A stretch of DNA of 41,594 nucleotides from Octopus sinensis (taxonomy: Eukaryota): NCBI RefSeq assembly GCF_006345805.1, contig NW_021835695.1:1-41594 (forward strand), read 5' to 3'. Numbering within the stretch: the first letter of the stretch is position 1; each line of letters opens with the position of its first letter. Of the stretch, positions 23,911-37,439 are shown piece after piece. A program made the position numbers and the translations under genes. Under the pieces are notes generated by a model, which saw only the letters and a list, made by a program, of their open reading frames with translations, ran no database searches and was not told the origin of the DNA.

Positions 23911-24585
23911 ATTTGTATATAAATATATGTGTATGAATATATATATATACACACGCGCATACACAAATACACAAACACTCAGACCCACACACACATATAT
24001 ATTTGTAGACATACATGCATATATGCTTCCACTCACACACATGCTTGTGAGTATATATATATATTTATATATATATATATATATATATAATATTCATCTA
24101 CCCACCAGTGCTACCCGCTCGCTAGTCGGGGCTGCTACCACTTCTAACAAAGGGTTGTAACCTAATTAGACATAAAGAGGGTATGTAGGTGGGTAGCGAC
24201 GAAGAATGTTCCAGAGAATTTACAGATTGTGTGTGCGCGCATTTTTCTATGTGTATGTGTGTGTGTTATGCATGCGTGCTTGCGTATATGCATTTTGTTG
24301 TGTATGTATGGATGTGTGTATAATTGAGAATCTTTTGCACTTTGCGAGTATGAGTTGTATATGTATGAGTAAGAATACACACACACACACACACACACAC
24401 ACATGCACACATATGCACAGCCACACACAGACACATACATATATGTGTATGTGCTTGTATGTGTATACGTATACATATGTGGAAGTGTGGGTGTATACTT
24501 GGTCCGCATAGTGTAGCACTGTGTCTGTTGTCGGAGATGTGGACAGGAGGAAGATAGAGAGATAGAGAGAGAAAGAGAGAGAGAG

Positions 24586-24630
<45 letters not shown>

Positions 24631-24883
24631 GGGGGTTGGATGAGATTGAATAACAAACGGAAACAAGGAGCAGCAGAAACAGAAAGTAAAACGGGAAAAG
24701 AAAAAAGAAATTCCTAAGAAAGGAAAATAAAATCTCTGCTGAAAAGTCCCTAAGGGAAGAAAATAGACTAAACTGATCTCGAAGACAGGGACTGGTTTTG
24801 TTTCTTTTTTTATTTTCACTTCATTTTCTCATTATCTCATATGTGTATGTGTGGGTGCTGTGTGTGAGTGTGGGTCGGTGTTA

Positions 24884-24926
<43 letters not shown>

Positions 24927-25164
24927 GATAGATAGATTGATAGTTATAGGTGTACATAAATATATGGATATCATACTTATATATATATATATATATGTGT
25001 ATGTGTGTGTGTGTGTGTGTGAGTTTGTGTGTGTATACATTGAGAAAATTTTTAAATGCATAGCTGCAGACATATATATAAATGACAATTTATGTACATT
25101 TATATATATATATGTATATATAGAGAGATATAGATATATATATACACGCATACATACATAGATG

Positions 25165-25224
<60 letters not shown>

Positions 25225-25408
25225 TATATATAATATATACATATATATATATTATATATACATACATACATATATATATGCGTGTGTAAATATTTACTTA
25301 TATATATATAGTATATGTCTGTGTGCACGCGAGTGTGGTGTTCGTTTATATATATGTATATATGCATGCATATACACATTTACATATGTATATGTATGTA
25401 TGTATATG

Positions 25409-25453
<45 letters not shown>

Positions 25454-26173
25454 ATATATATATACATATATATATAGATTTGAATGCATGTAATGGGAAG
25501 TAGTTATTTTTTGTTTTACATTTTGCATCTCGTTCATTTGCAGCCTTTTTGCCCTATTTGCCGTATACATATGTCATAAATATATATAAAGGAAGCATGT
25601 ATGTATGTATGTGTGCGCGAGTATGTTTATTGTGTGTGCGTGTGAGTATGTGTGTGCGCTGGTGTGCGTTTATGCATATAGTGTGTGTGTGTGTCTATGT
25701 ATATGCATATAGTGGAAAGTATTCAGTGATTCATGGCATCGTCCCTGAGAGCTTGATACATGCATGCAAGTCATATATACTTGTGATTTATCTCACAATA
25801 TTATGAACAATATTGTCTGATAGATATACCTTGTGGGGGTCGTGTAAAACTCTGAGTAACGCTCGAGTGAATCACAAGATATATAAAAAAATTCACAAAT
25901 TCTACTCCATGTATTCACCGCTCGCTTCTATTGTTTGCAGATATAAATTTATACATATTTAAGAGTGTATCAGACAGGCAATCCTATAGAAAGGAGGAAA
26001 TGTAAATTAAAGTCAAACAAAATAAAACGAAAAACACTTAACACTTTTGCTTTGTAATTCAATATTTTGGTCTTAAAACACCTTTGTCATGAGAAAATAG
26101 AAGTCTATGAGCCAGACATACATATCTCACTAGAATTCAGATGATATACAGGTGTATGTATGCACGTATGCAT

Positions 26174-26226
<53 letters not shown>

Positions 26227-26241
26227 AGGGTGTGTGCATAC

Positions 26242-26291
<50 letters not shown>

Positions 26292-26293
26292 AT

Positions 26294-26325
<32 letters not shown>

Positions 26326-26668
26326 GCACATACATACATGTATGTATGTTTTATATGTGTTTAAAGTACGTAAAGTTAGCGAAATTATCATTTGTACTAA
26401 TAACATAATTTTAGATCGTGATGGTTGGTGTAGTGGTTAGGAAATGAATGACGTTGGCAAAACGCTTTTAGCATAAATCGAAATTTGCATATAAACTGGA
26501 GAAACAAATCAAAGTTCTACTTAACTGAGGATTCTCAAGAAGAAGAAAGTGTAAATTTCAAGAAATTTAGAATTTATTTCAAACGAAATATAATTTTCAA
26601 ATTTAGTGAGAGTGTTTGTATATATGTGTGTGTGTATACATAGACACAAACACACACAGACACACACA

Positions 26669-26718
<50 letters not shown>

Positions 26719-26975
26719 CATATATATTATATAAATGTGCACGTCTGAGAGTATGGACGAATGAACATCGATATTTACATATATATATATATTTATATAC
26801 ATATACATACATATATACATATATACGTATACATAGATACATATCTATATGCATACATACGTACATATATATATATATATATTGTCTTCCTCTGTTTTTT
26901 TTATAAATTTCAACTATACATACACATTATATATTCATGTAGATATGCCTATACATATATGTACACACACACATA

Positions 26976-27030
<55 letters not shown>

Positions 27031-27620
27031 CATGCACATACAATATACATGCGCACATGCATATATATATATGTATATATTGTGTGTGTATATGTGTGTA
27101 TGTGTGTATATCTATGTATGCATGTTAGTATTATCTTTGTATGTATGTGTGTATGTGTGTGTTTTATGTATGTATGGATTCTATTGTGTGTGATTTTGAA
27201 ATACCCGTCAACGTGTGCATGATTTTTATTCTTATTTCTGTCACCTATGACTAATTCCTCTTAATCTCTATACTCTTATCTGCCATGTCTTTTCGCAAAT
27301 CTGTCCTTCCCTTGCAAAGTCTGTATATATTACATAATGCATGCGCACATATATATATATACATTATATATATATATATATATATAATAATATATACTAT
27401 ATATATATATTATATAATATATATATATATATATATAATATATATCATATATATATATATATATCTATATATAATATAATATATATATACTGACACACAC
27501 ATGCATTCATACATATATACGTAGATACATATATTCATATACATATATCCATAAACACCTAATCATGTGTGTGTATGTATATATATATATATATATATAT
27601 GCGTGTATATGTCTTTGTAC
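23690..27620. repeat. Region dominated by TA/TG/CA/GA microsatellites and their decayed forms
   Basis: Many simple-repeat blocks separated by short non-repetitive spacers. Confidence 0.85.
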
Positions 27621-27998
27621 GTGTCTATGTGTGTGAATGTGTGCGAAATTTTGAAGTGTTTCTATTCAATCAATTTAAGCAATTAGAGTTCCCTGCAACG
27701 TCTACGACAGCTGTATTCCCATATTGATATAAATACTTCAGATCATTCTCCGAACGACCTACAATAGCCCATGTCTCCAATGGTTATACGAGTCTATGAC
27801 ACATATTCCTTCACACAGAAGCACATACAGACACACACACACTCAGACACACACATATACGAACACACAAACAAGCATACTCATTTCAATATATATTGTA
27901 TATATAGATGTGTAAATGTGTGAATGCATACATATAGATGTGAATGTGTATTATATATATAAATTTATCAATATATAAAAACACACACACATACACAT

Positions 27999-28034
<36 letters not shown>

Positions 28035-28414
28035 TTACACCACATATATCTTACAGCCGTTCGTGATGTGCTGCAAATCAGGTCATCGTGATCTCCAGCG
28101 ACCTTTCTCTCAACAGAATGTAGCCAATTCTGAGAGGGGAAGGAGTGAAACAGGCAGACAGACGGACAGTCAATCGACTATATTACTTGACTGGTAGCTT
28201 ATCCACCCACAAACGATGATTTGCATAGTTGAGCTTGGAAGGTTTTCAACTGAGAACACAGAGAGCAGGAAAATGTTTAGCTCATCAAATTTCTCATGTC
28301 TGTCATTCAGTGATTTTTTACCGCTGCCTGTCTGCCTGTCTGTGTCTGTTTGTCTCTCTCTCTCTCTTTGCATATAGTTATATATATATATATATATATA
28401 CTCTCTTTTACTCC

Positions 28415-28792
28415 CTTTTATTTGTTTCAGTCATTTGACTGTGGCCATGCTGGAGCACCGCCTTTTAGTCGAGCAAATCAAACCCAGGAATAATTCTTTG
28501 TAAACCTAGTACTTATTCTATCGGCCCCTTTTGCCGATCCGCTAAGTTACAAGGACGTAAACACACCACCATCAGTTGTCGAACAAACACAGACACAAAT
28601 ACATGCATAAAAAAAAATATATATATACATATATACGACGGGCTTCTTTCAGTTTCCGTCTACCAAATCCACTCACAAGGCTTTGGTCGGCCCGAGGCTA
28701 TAGTAGACGACACTTGCCCAAGGTGCCACGCAGTGGGACTGAACCCGGAACCATGTGGTTGGTAAGCAAGCTACTTACCACACAGCCACTCC
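28415..28792 (-). mobile_element. SINE family A, full length (a second degenerate 3' half follows at about 28800-28995)
   Basis: Close match to 2042-2450. Confidence 0.9.
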
Positions 28793-29269
28793 TACTATTA
28801 TCTTTTACTTGTGTCGGCCATTAAACTGAAGAACTTTTAATCGAAGGAATAGACGCCACTCTCTTTATTTAAAAATAAATGCTTGGTACTTACTCAACCG
28901 TCCTATTTTGCTGAATCGCTAAAATACGCGGACATAAGCACACCTATACCAGTTGTCGAAGAGTGGTGAGGACAAACACAGGTTCAAACACAGACACACA
29001 AACCGACAGATACACAAACACACACACATACTTACAAACACAAACACATTCGCGCATATGTAGGCTTCTCCGCGTGAGCAAAATCCGGAAATTTCGGCTT
29101 CGGATATCATCACTTATAGAAATAGTTTAGGGTGATCACTTATTTCAGCATACGGCTCTAATTTTGCTCCTACGTAAAATTGAATAAATTCTAAGAATAA
29201 TAAGACCTAAGGGCGTGATACTTTTGCAAGATAAGCGCATTATTTTTTAAGATAAGATATATAATCGGT

Positions 29270-29565
29270 ATTACCCTTTACTAAGTCCAGCCGTTCTCAA
29301 ATGATTTTTCTATGCCCATTCTTTAGGGGTGTTTTTTACTTTCCTTTTTGCTCCTTACTGGCAGTGAATTGATTTCTCTAAATAGCTTTTTTTCTGTTTC
29401 AACCAATTTTTGCTCCAAATCTTCTTGCATTCTTGCCAATTCGTACTCTTTTCCGCCTTTCACCCACAACTTGATTTTCGTTGTTCTCCTCATACTGAAT
29501 ATCCTTATTCCCCTCCACTTGTCTGTGTTCACTTGTTCAGTAAATCCGAGTATTGCTAATAAGCA
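29270..29565 (-). pseudogene. Decayed pogo/Tigger-like transposase N-terminus (CENP-B-type HTH)
   Basis: In mixed frames, ..GNKDIQ..RRKRVRIGKN / EDLEQKLVE..REINSLPV..KESKK..*RMGIEKSFENGW parallels the typical KNK..I..RKR.R.GKYEDLE.AL..W....N.PI...KEKA...LGIEDFKASNGW. Confidence 0.6.
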
Positions 29566-29591
29566 TTAATGACAGAGCATATTCTTACATG

Positions 29592-29735
29592 TGAAAGCTC
29601 ATGGCCTAGGGGTTAGGATGTTGCAAGTACGTTGGCAAGAGCGTAGTTTCGATTCCCAGATCGGGAGTATGTTGTAATCTTGAGCAAACACTTGATTTCA
29701 CGTTATTCCAGTCCACACAACTGTAAATGAATAAA
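29592..29735 (+). mobile_element. SINE family C, diverged
   Basis: tggcctaggggttag ... tttcgattccc ... tcttgagcaaacacttgatttcacgttattccag. Confidence 0.7.
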
Positions 29736-29739
29736 CTTG

Positions 29740-30125
29740 CGAGATGGCAGAAACGTTAGCACGCCGGGCGAAATGCGTAGCCGTATTTCATCTGCCGTTA
29801 CGTTCAAATCCCGCCGAGGTCGACTTTTCCTTTCATCCTTTCGGGATCGATAAATTAAGTACCAGTTACGCACTGGGGTCGATGTAATCGACCTAATCCG
29901 TTTGTCTGTCCTTGTTTGTCCTCTCTGTGTTTAGCCCCTTGTGGGTAGTAAAGAAATTGGTATTTCGTCCATTTTCACGTTCTGAGTTCAAATTCTGCTG
30001 AGGTTGTCTTTGCCTTTCATTCCTTCGGGGTCGATTAAAAAAGTATCAGTTACACACTGGGATCGATGTAATCGACTTAATTCCTTCCCCCAAATCTGAG
30101 GCCTTGTGCTTCCAGTAGAAAGGAC
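29740..30125 (+). mobile_element. SINE family B, dimeric copy
   Basis: Order is head, body, tail 1 (gtgggtagtaaagaaat), gtatttcgtc, body, tail 2 (gaggccttgtgcttccagtagaaagga). Confidence 0.85.
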
Positions 30126-31869
30126 AATGGGGATAATGTTGGCCTACGCACCTAGCTACGACCAAGCAAGGAAGCCCGTTGTGACCATTGATGTAAAATA
30201 ACATCTGATAGCTTGCATGATACAGTGTTATTCCCATAGTTGTACAGTTCGCAAACTTAGTCATTATCATACCACTTTCATTCACTCATTTATATTCACG
30301 GGTCCGTAATTATAGATCTACAAATTTTGACCTATTCTGTGTCACCATCTTTCGCGGTTAACGTGTACACTACTTCTTTTTTCATTCCACCATTTATTCC
30401 TCTTCGACGAGAAAACAAGACAACCGTACGGAAATTTCACATTGCAGCAAGATATTCAAGAAGGAGACCATTTCGTAAAAATGGTAGCATCTATATTCAC
30501 ACACGTGCAGACGAAATACCGCGAATCATTTCGCCCGGCGTACTAACGTTTCTGCCAGGTCACCCACCTTGTTGAGTGTATATATATTGATGGCATAATA
30601 TTCAACTTTGCTAAATAGTAAGCATTTTTGAGTCGTCATTGCCTAGTAACTTTCAACACACTAACAAAAAAATGTACATATACATATACATATTAACAAT
30701 AATAATAATGATAATAATAATAATGATGATGATGATGATAATTTATTTACTAGGGATTATAACGGGGTGAATTATAAAGAGATTAAATACTTTACTGACA
30801 TTTTGAACTATCATAACTAATAATATAAATTAGGAATGTTTTAATTTTTTGATGAAGGAATCGTATCGAAATATTGTTTAAGCTAACTAACGGATACTTG
30901 TGTTTTTCAACTCATTACACACAAACAAATGCATTAACAAGTTTGCATATACCTATACACAAGTAACGATTTAAAAAAATACATTGGTAGCTGAAACGCG
31001 CATATCTGAGTATTACAAGGGTCAAGCAACACATTGCAATGTAGCCCCTTTCTATTAAAGTCTCCCTCTGAAGAAATGCCCAATTAACGATATTCATTAT
31101 GAAATTCTAATTTAATTTAATTTCTCAAATTGAATTGTTTGGGCATATATAAACAATTGTAGGCGCAATAGATTTGATATTGTTCGGAACTGAATGTATT
31201 TTAATAAATTAATGCCCTTATTATCAATTTCTCGTATGAAAATGGTAATATAGCCATATTTATCAATGCGAAACTAACATCTTTGGTTTTTCAATGATAC
31301 GGTGGATAAAGCTGGGAAACTTGGATGCCAACACACCTTTAAGAGGATTTTATATCCTTATCTTAGTATGTATGTATGTATGTATGTATGTATGTATGTA
31401 TGTATGTATGTATGTATGTACGTGCGTCTGTTAAAGTGTTGAAAGTTACTAGACAATGAAGGATGAAAAATACTTACTATTTAGCAAAGTTGAATATTAT
31501 GTCATCTGTATATGTACACAATATATTTATTTATTATAGTGAGAATAGATACGAAAGATCACAATTTGATGAAAGCGTTAACGTTAACAAATCAAAATTA
31601 ATAAAAATGAAAACCATTATTAAATTAATACGTAGTTTCTTTAACTTAAAATTACCTGTTACTTTATAAATACTAATCACAGTATAGGACTAAAAGTGCA
31701 GGAATATATCACCAGCAGACGGAAAGTGTTCAGCAGCGGAGCTGCAATTGCTAAATCTAGATTTCTGCTTCTTTGAGAACAATTATTTTCTATTAGCAAC
31801 GGCAAGCTTAGATACATTTTGTGTATTATTATCACTTACACGCCGGAGAAAATGTATAATGGCATTTCT

Positions 31870-32065
31870 TCTGGCTTTATATACTGAGTTCAAATTTGCC
31901 TTCCCCCTTTTCGGGATCGATAAAATAACTACTAGTTGATTACTGGGGGTGGATGTAATCTATGTACCACCTCCCCCGAAATGATTGGGATTTGTGTCAA
32001 AACTTTGAAACTATTATTATTATTATTATTATTATTATTTTATTATTATTATTATTATTATTATT

Positions 32066-32097
<32 letters not shown>

Positions 32098-32318
32098 AAC
32101 GAAAGTGGAGAGCCTGCAGAAACGTTAGCACGCAAGGCAAGATGCTTAGCGGCATTTCGCCCGTCTTTATGTTCTGGGTTTAAATTCCAACGAAGTCGAC
32201 TTTGCCTTTCATCCTTTCGGGATCGATAAATTAAATACTAGTGGAGTACTGGGGTGCATGTAATCGACTTAACCCCTTCCCTAATTTTCAGGCCTTATGC
32301 TTATAGTAGAAAGGATTA
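31870..32318 (+). mobile_element. Two SINE family B monomers (about 31870-31990 and 32103-32318) separated by (TAT)n(CAT)n
   Basis: Family B head, body and tail motifs. Confidence 0.75.
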
Positions 32319-32985
32319 TAATTATTATTATTCTATTGTTATTGTCATCATCGTTGTTGTTCTTGATGCTGTTGTTGTTGTTATGGCTTTTGTTTAGTAA
32401 AAATATGTCCTGTCCTGAACGAACAAACCCAAAGTTGAAACGTGCTCCAGCCTTGATGTGACGATTTTTCTGATTTTTTCTTTGCCCCGAGACTACATTA
32501 TTAAATGTGTATTTGACTTTTAAAAACGTTGGGGTATGAAGCGAGGAGAGGGTAACACTATTCATAGCAGAATGAGGGACCGCGGCGAAGCATCCTGATG
32601 CGTAGAGACGTTCTTGATTTTCTCTTTATTGTAATTGCAGCCCTCGTCGTCGTCATCGTCGTTATTTCTGCATTTCTTGTTATTTACGTCAGTGTTATTA
32701 ATTCAGTCTGAAAAGGTGAATGTCTGAAGAGGGATCAGTCAGACATAGTCTGTTCCCCCTCTAGCTTTTGTTTCAAACTGAATTAAGTATCAGTAAAACG
32801 TCAACTTCACTGACACAGCATATTCTGGGGCAGTCGGGAAGTTTATGTTAAAATGTAATATTTTATAGACTTTTATAAACACACAACTTACATATGTGTG
32901 TGTGTGTGTGTTTCTGTGCGTGTGTGCTTGCATGTCTTTACACGTACATACATGCATACACATAAACACATACACACACGCATAT

Positions 32986-33068
<83 letters not shown>

Positions 33069-33074
33069 TGTATG

Positions 33075-33113
<39 letters not shown>

Positions 33114-33781
33114 ATACACACGCACATACACAATTCACACGCACCCCTATATATGTGTGGTATGGCAAATACTCCTAAATTGTTCCTTAATTCCTTCGTT
33201 TTGATTTATTATGTTTATTTGGTGATCCTCTCTTATTTTCCTTATTTCTTTGTAACTTGTTTCGTTTTTTTTTTTGAATTTTTTTTTTGTTGATTTACTC
33301 CAGTCATTATCTGGGATAAGTTATGATAGGCTTATAGAGGAATTTGTCTTCTTCTTTTTTTTCTCTATCTTTTTGATTCTGGTGGATCCTTCACCATTTC
33401 TCTGTTATTGAAATAGTTATAAATGTATATTCAGACATGCTTATTAACAATTTTATATGCGCTGATTGTATTCTCTTGTCTCCATTGTACACAAGATGTT
33501 TATTGCTTAATTGTAGCTGTTTATTATAAAGATTTTCGTCTTCTCTCTTTATATTCTGTCTGTGATTTAATGTAAAATTTTATATTCGCTGAGACAGTTG
33601 ACTCTGGATACAGTTGACACCGCTCTCTCATAATATTTATTTTATTTTATTATTATTATGTATTCCCTACCACTATTTTCTGGCAGAAAAATAAACTCTG
33701 TATTTATCCGACAAGACCTGTATACAATTAAGGCGGTTTGGAGAGAATTAACAGAATTTTTTCTTTGCCTTTTGTTCATAG

Positions 33782-33844
33782 AAGGAAGGGCAACGCACAT
33801 GACCCTTTATTTTGTGAGGATCCTTCAGACTGGTGGGAGGGAAA
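33782..33844 (+). CDS. Candidate 63-nt coding exon of an unidentified host gene
   Basis: Strong polypyrimidine acceptor ttttttctttgccttttgttcatag and donor AAA|gtatga. The phase 2-2 reading is RKGNAHDPLFCEDPSDWWEG. A second frame is also open. Confidence 0.35.
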
Positions 33845-35159
33845 GTATGAAGTTGCCTCGAAACTGGAAACCTAACTTGAATGCTTTCAAGAGAATAGAT
33901 TACATTAAAGGCACCGAAGGATAAGATGGCAGTTTTATTTCGGGTGTCATTAAGTCGACCACCCGAAAACTCAGAACGCAAAGGGCCAGAACCTGTACCA
34001 AATAGTATCTTAAGTAATGGTCTGGCAGTTCTGCTAAACCACGACTACAGGTTGATACTTTATCATATCGACCCGCAGAGGATGTAAAATCAAAATTGAT
34101 GTCGATGGGATTTGAACTCAGATCGATGAATTCTGCAGACTATTTTGTTCTATTCTCTCACGACTTTGGAAAATTATCAGTTTTAACATAATGAAACTCC
34201 GTTCATAGACTCACGTTTAGGCAATACGATGTGTTCCATAAAATGTAAAATGTAAGTATTTTTTGATGCATTCCATTTTTGAACAGAAAAAAATGAGCTT
34301 AGAAAATAAAGTCAGTGGTTTAACTCGCATCCAACACTCTATGCTGGACTAGAGCCACCATAACCAGAAACCTTATCATAACGAGCCAAAGAGGGAGCTT
34401 CTATGCGGTCCCTCAGACTGCTAGAAGTGGCTCTAAATCACTCTCAAACAACACCTTATCAACGAAACTCGAAAAGACACACTGAAGAATAAAGTTCTAG
34501 ATATACAAAAGTAAATATGATGGTCTTGATTGGAAGGCTCTTGATTCCAAGTCTGCTATATAAATGCTAGAGTAACTAAACAACAACAACAACAACAACA
34601 ACAACTTGACTATAGCATCACCTACGACAGAAAGAAAAGTATTTGTCAAATAGTTAAGCATTTATTCTCAACACTATCTAGCCATCTCTTCCCTAACTGA
34701 GACTGCCGTTTATTATGTTAGCATCAGTACAATGGTCACCTGTCTTCTAATATGCTTATTTGGTTTTTATATTTGCTGGATTGGGATATTTGTACCTTAC
34801 CCAGTAGTTTTCCTTATTTGGTAATATTTCCAACAAAGCATTGTCACCTTAAACTCGTTGATTTTGTCTTCATATCTCGCCAGATTGTTAGGTTTCCGAT
34901 TCTTGAAATTAAATGATAATTCATTAATTAATCAATTAATATTGACAATTTCTTACGTAGAGGTAGACACAAGGACGGAAAGGAATCCTGGAAGAAAGGA
35001 ATAGATGGTTACATCGACCTATACTGGTGCTTATATTTATCGTGGAAGAACGAAAGTCGAAGCTGGAGCAGGTGGTGTTAGCATGGTATACAGCTGCATA
35101 TATATACTTACTACAAAAACATATTTACATACATACATTTACATACGGAAACATTTAGA

Positions 35160-36290
35160 CATGTTCATACACATGCTCAAAGAAATAGTTTGTAAATGGA
35201 GTACTTTCCCATACCCACACTCTACCATGGATTGTAATAAAAAGGAACAATACTTTCAGGATATCTTGGAGGGGAAAATATCGAAACAGATCTATTTTAC
35301 AAACCAATACTTAAAATTCCGATCAGTACACCCCTCACATACCAAAAGGAACATTTCCTTTTGCATCATAGTAATAAACCCCACACTACATGAAAAAATA
35401 TCATATGAACTAAAATGGTTCCTTGAAAGACAGGAATATTAGGTGAACCTCATCAATACGGCCATTTCCAAGGCCCAGAACATTCCAGTGACAACACTGA
35501 GAGAAACAAAACCAGCGAAATATAAAGGAAAAAAACGTTATCCCATTTGTCGTCATTCATAACCCAAGAGACTTGTGACAGCTGCCAGAAAATATCTCTC
35601 AATTCTCCAGCAATCTCCCAAAATGGATGCACTCATGAAAGACTCACGAATAATATATTGCAGACGCCAAGCACGCAAACTTAAAAAACTGCTAACCATG
35701 CAAGTTAAGAAATGTGGGGACCCTCGATGCGGAACATGTGGATACATTGAAGAGGGTGGACAAACCTCCTTTAAAAACAATGAGATTTTCAAAATTAATG
35801 CAAGTATGAATTGCAAAACAAGAAACTTAATTTACTGTGCAACTTGTCCACAATATAAAGAATACTACATTGGTGAAACCGGAACGGGATTACATGACAG
35901 AGTTCATATGCATAAGCAACAAATTAGAGAACCCTCTATCAGAAACACCACTTACAATGAACACTTTGGATCATGTGGAAAGGGAAAATTCACAATCTTC
36001 CCCTTCTTCTTTATGTTAAGGTCGGACAGCGGGCATTTCCGAAAATATAAAGAAGATTTCTTCACTAGAAAGTACGGACCACAACTCAACACATAGAAAA
36101 TGATATTCCACCCACCAATAACAGCATACGTTCCTAGTTTTCATAAAAGATACATATATCCAAATAGAAGCGGATGACACCTACACTTTCAATCATTCGA
36201 TCACTGAAGGGAAAAACAACCCTTGGAGATACACTACCATTTCACTAATCCCCCTCTCCCCCAAAGTATATCTGAAATTAAATGCTTGAG
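35160..36290 (+). mobile_element. 5'-truncated Penelope-like element (Neptune-type linker)
   Basis: RT thumb remnant QYLKFRSVHPSHTKRNI, then RQ.RKLKKLL, Cys linker CGDPRCGTC and a GIY-YIG endonuclease. The upstream part has stops and deletions. The 3' boundary is approximate. Confidence 0.85.
35575..36096 (+). CDS. Penelope-type GIY-YIG endonuclease domain (open 173-codon remnant)
   Basis: NLIYCATC..YKEYYIGETG..LHDRV..H.....YKEDFF.RKY.PQLN contains the IY/YIG, Arg, His, Glu and Asn positions of PLE GIY-YIG domains. Confidence 0.75.
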   Translation: MTAARKYLSILQQSPKMDALMKDSRIIYCRRQARKLKKLLTMQVKKCGDPRCGTCGYIEEGGQTSFKNNEIFKINASMNCKTRNLIYCATCPQYKEYYIGETGTGLHDRVHMHKQQIREPSIRNTTYNEHFGSCGKGKFTIFPFFFMLRSDSGHFRKYKEDFFTRKYGPQLNT

Positions 36291-36305
36291 TAGTGTAGAT
36301 CCGTA

Positions 36306-36351
<46 letters not shown>

Positions 36352-37439
36352 TATGCTTGTGTTTTAGCCCTTATTTATAATTGTATTTATAATTTTCACC
36401 TCAGAAGGTATTTTTCATATTGCTGGCCACTGATAAATTTTTTTAATAAAATTTAATAAACTTTTATCCTTACATTAGAAGTACATATATACATCTATAT
36501 TTAATATCCCTATTTGTAAGTATTTGCACATTCACACACACACACATACACACACACACACATACACACACACACACATTCATCATACACGTGTATACAT
36601 ACTAATAGCCGTATAGATAACATTATTCCATGCTACCGCGGATCTTTTTTGATAGACAATCCCGAGTTTTACTTATGATATTGGTCGTTGTCATATTCAT
36701 TAATTTTTCAATCATTCAAAAAATGTAAAAGTAATAGAAATTTTTCAAATTTCACATTCATACATGATACAGAGCCGTTTATATAAACACTTCTCAATTC
36801 AAATAAAGTCTAATTCGTCGTAATATCTACAAAAAAAAGAGGAAGAAGAGAGAGAGAGGGGTGGAGAGGGAGAAACTTGAACATCTGTAAATTTAATATG
36901 AATTGAAACTTAACATTGTGATAACAAAGAAAGATATGAGAACGTGTATAATATAAACTTGACGTTGTTTAGATCATGTGAGCCCAGCTGAAGGCGAAAA
37001 GTCGCTCACTTCATGCCAAGGTTTCCAAAAGTTAAATGACAAGAATTAATAAAGTAAAAACTTGAAAAGACTGACTCAGCTGGTGATGTAGAGCTGTTCA
37101 TTGAAATAGAAAAAATTTCATAATATTTTCTTTTAAATTATTAATAAAGCAAATATCAATAAATTGTCAGGGAACAATAGATAAACAGAGAATGAATTTA
37201 TTCAGTTAAGAACAAATGATATACAGTAGCATTGGTGTCAACAAAAACCAGTGTGTCTTAGTATCAGAAATCTACACCTTAAATGTATTACACTACTTGC
37301 ATCTTTACGGAGTAATTACTCAGGATAATTTACTCTATTTTACTTACCAAAAAGTACACACAAACACACGTGTGTGTGAGCATATATATATATATTTGGT
37401 TGTCAAGCAGAGTTCTCACGTTCCAAGTTGCGAAAGTGA

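Noticed and set aside
29323-29532. 69-aa - strand ORF looking like a coiled-coil exon with a good donor
   Set aside because: Better explained as a frameshifted pogo/Tigger transposase relic (RKRVR/EDLE/GIE..NGW).
36195-36240. Possible hammerhead downstream of the GIY-YIG ORF (ctgaaggg-aaaaacaa-ccctt-ggaga)
   Set aside because: The core is incomplete, there is no GAAA and no stem I; at best an unrecoverable relic.
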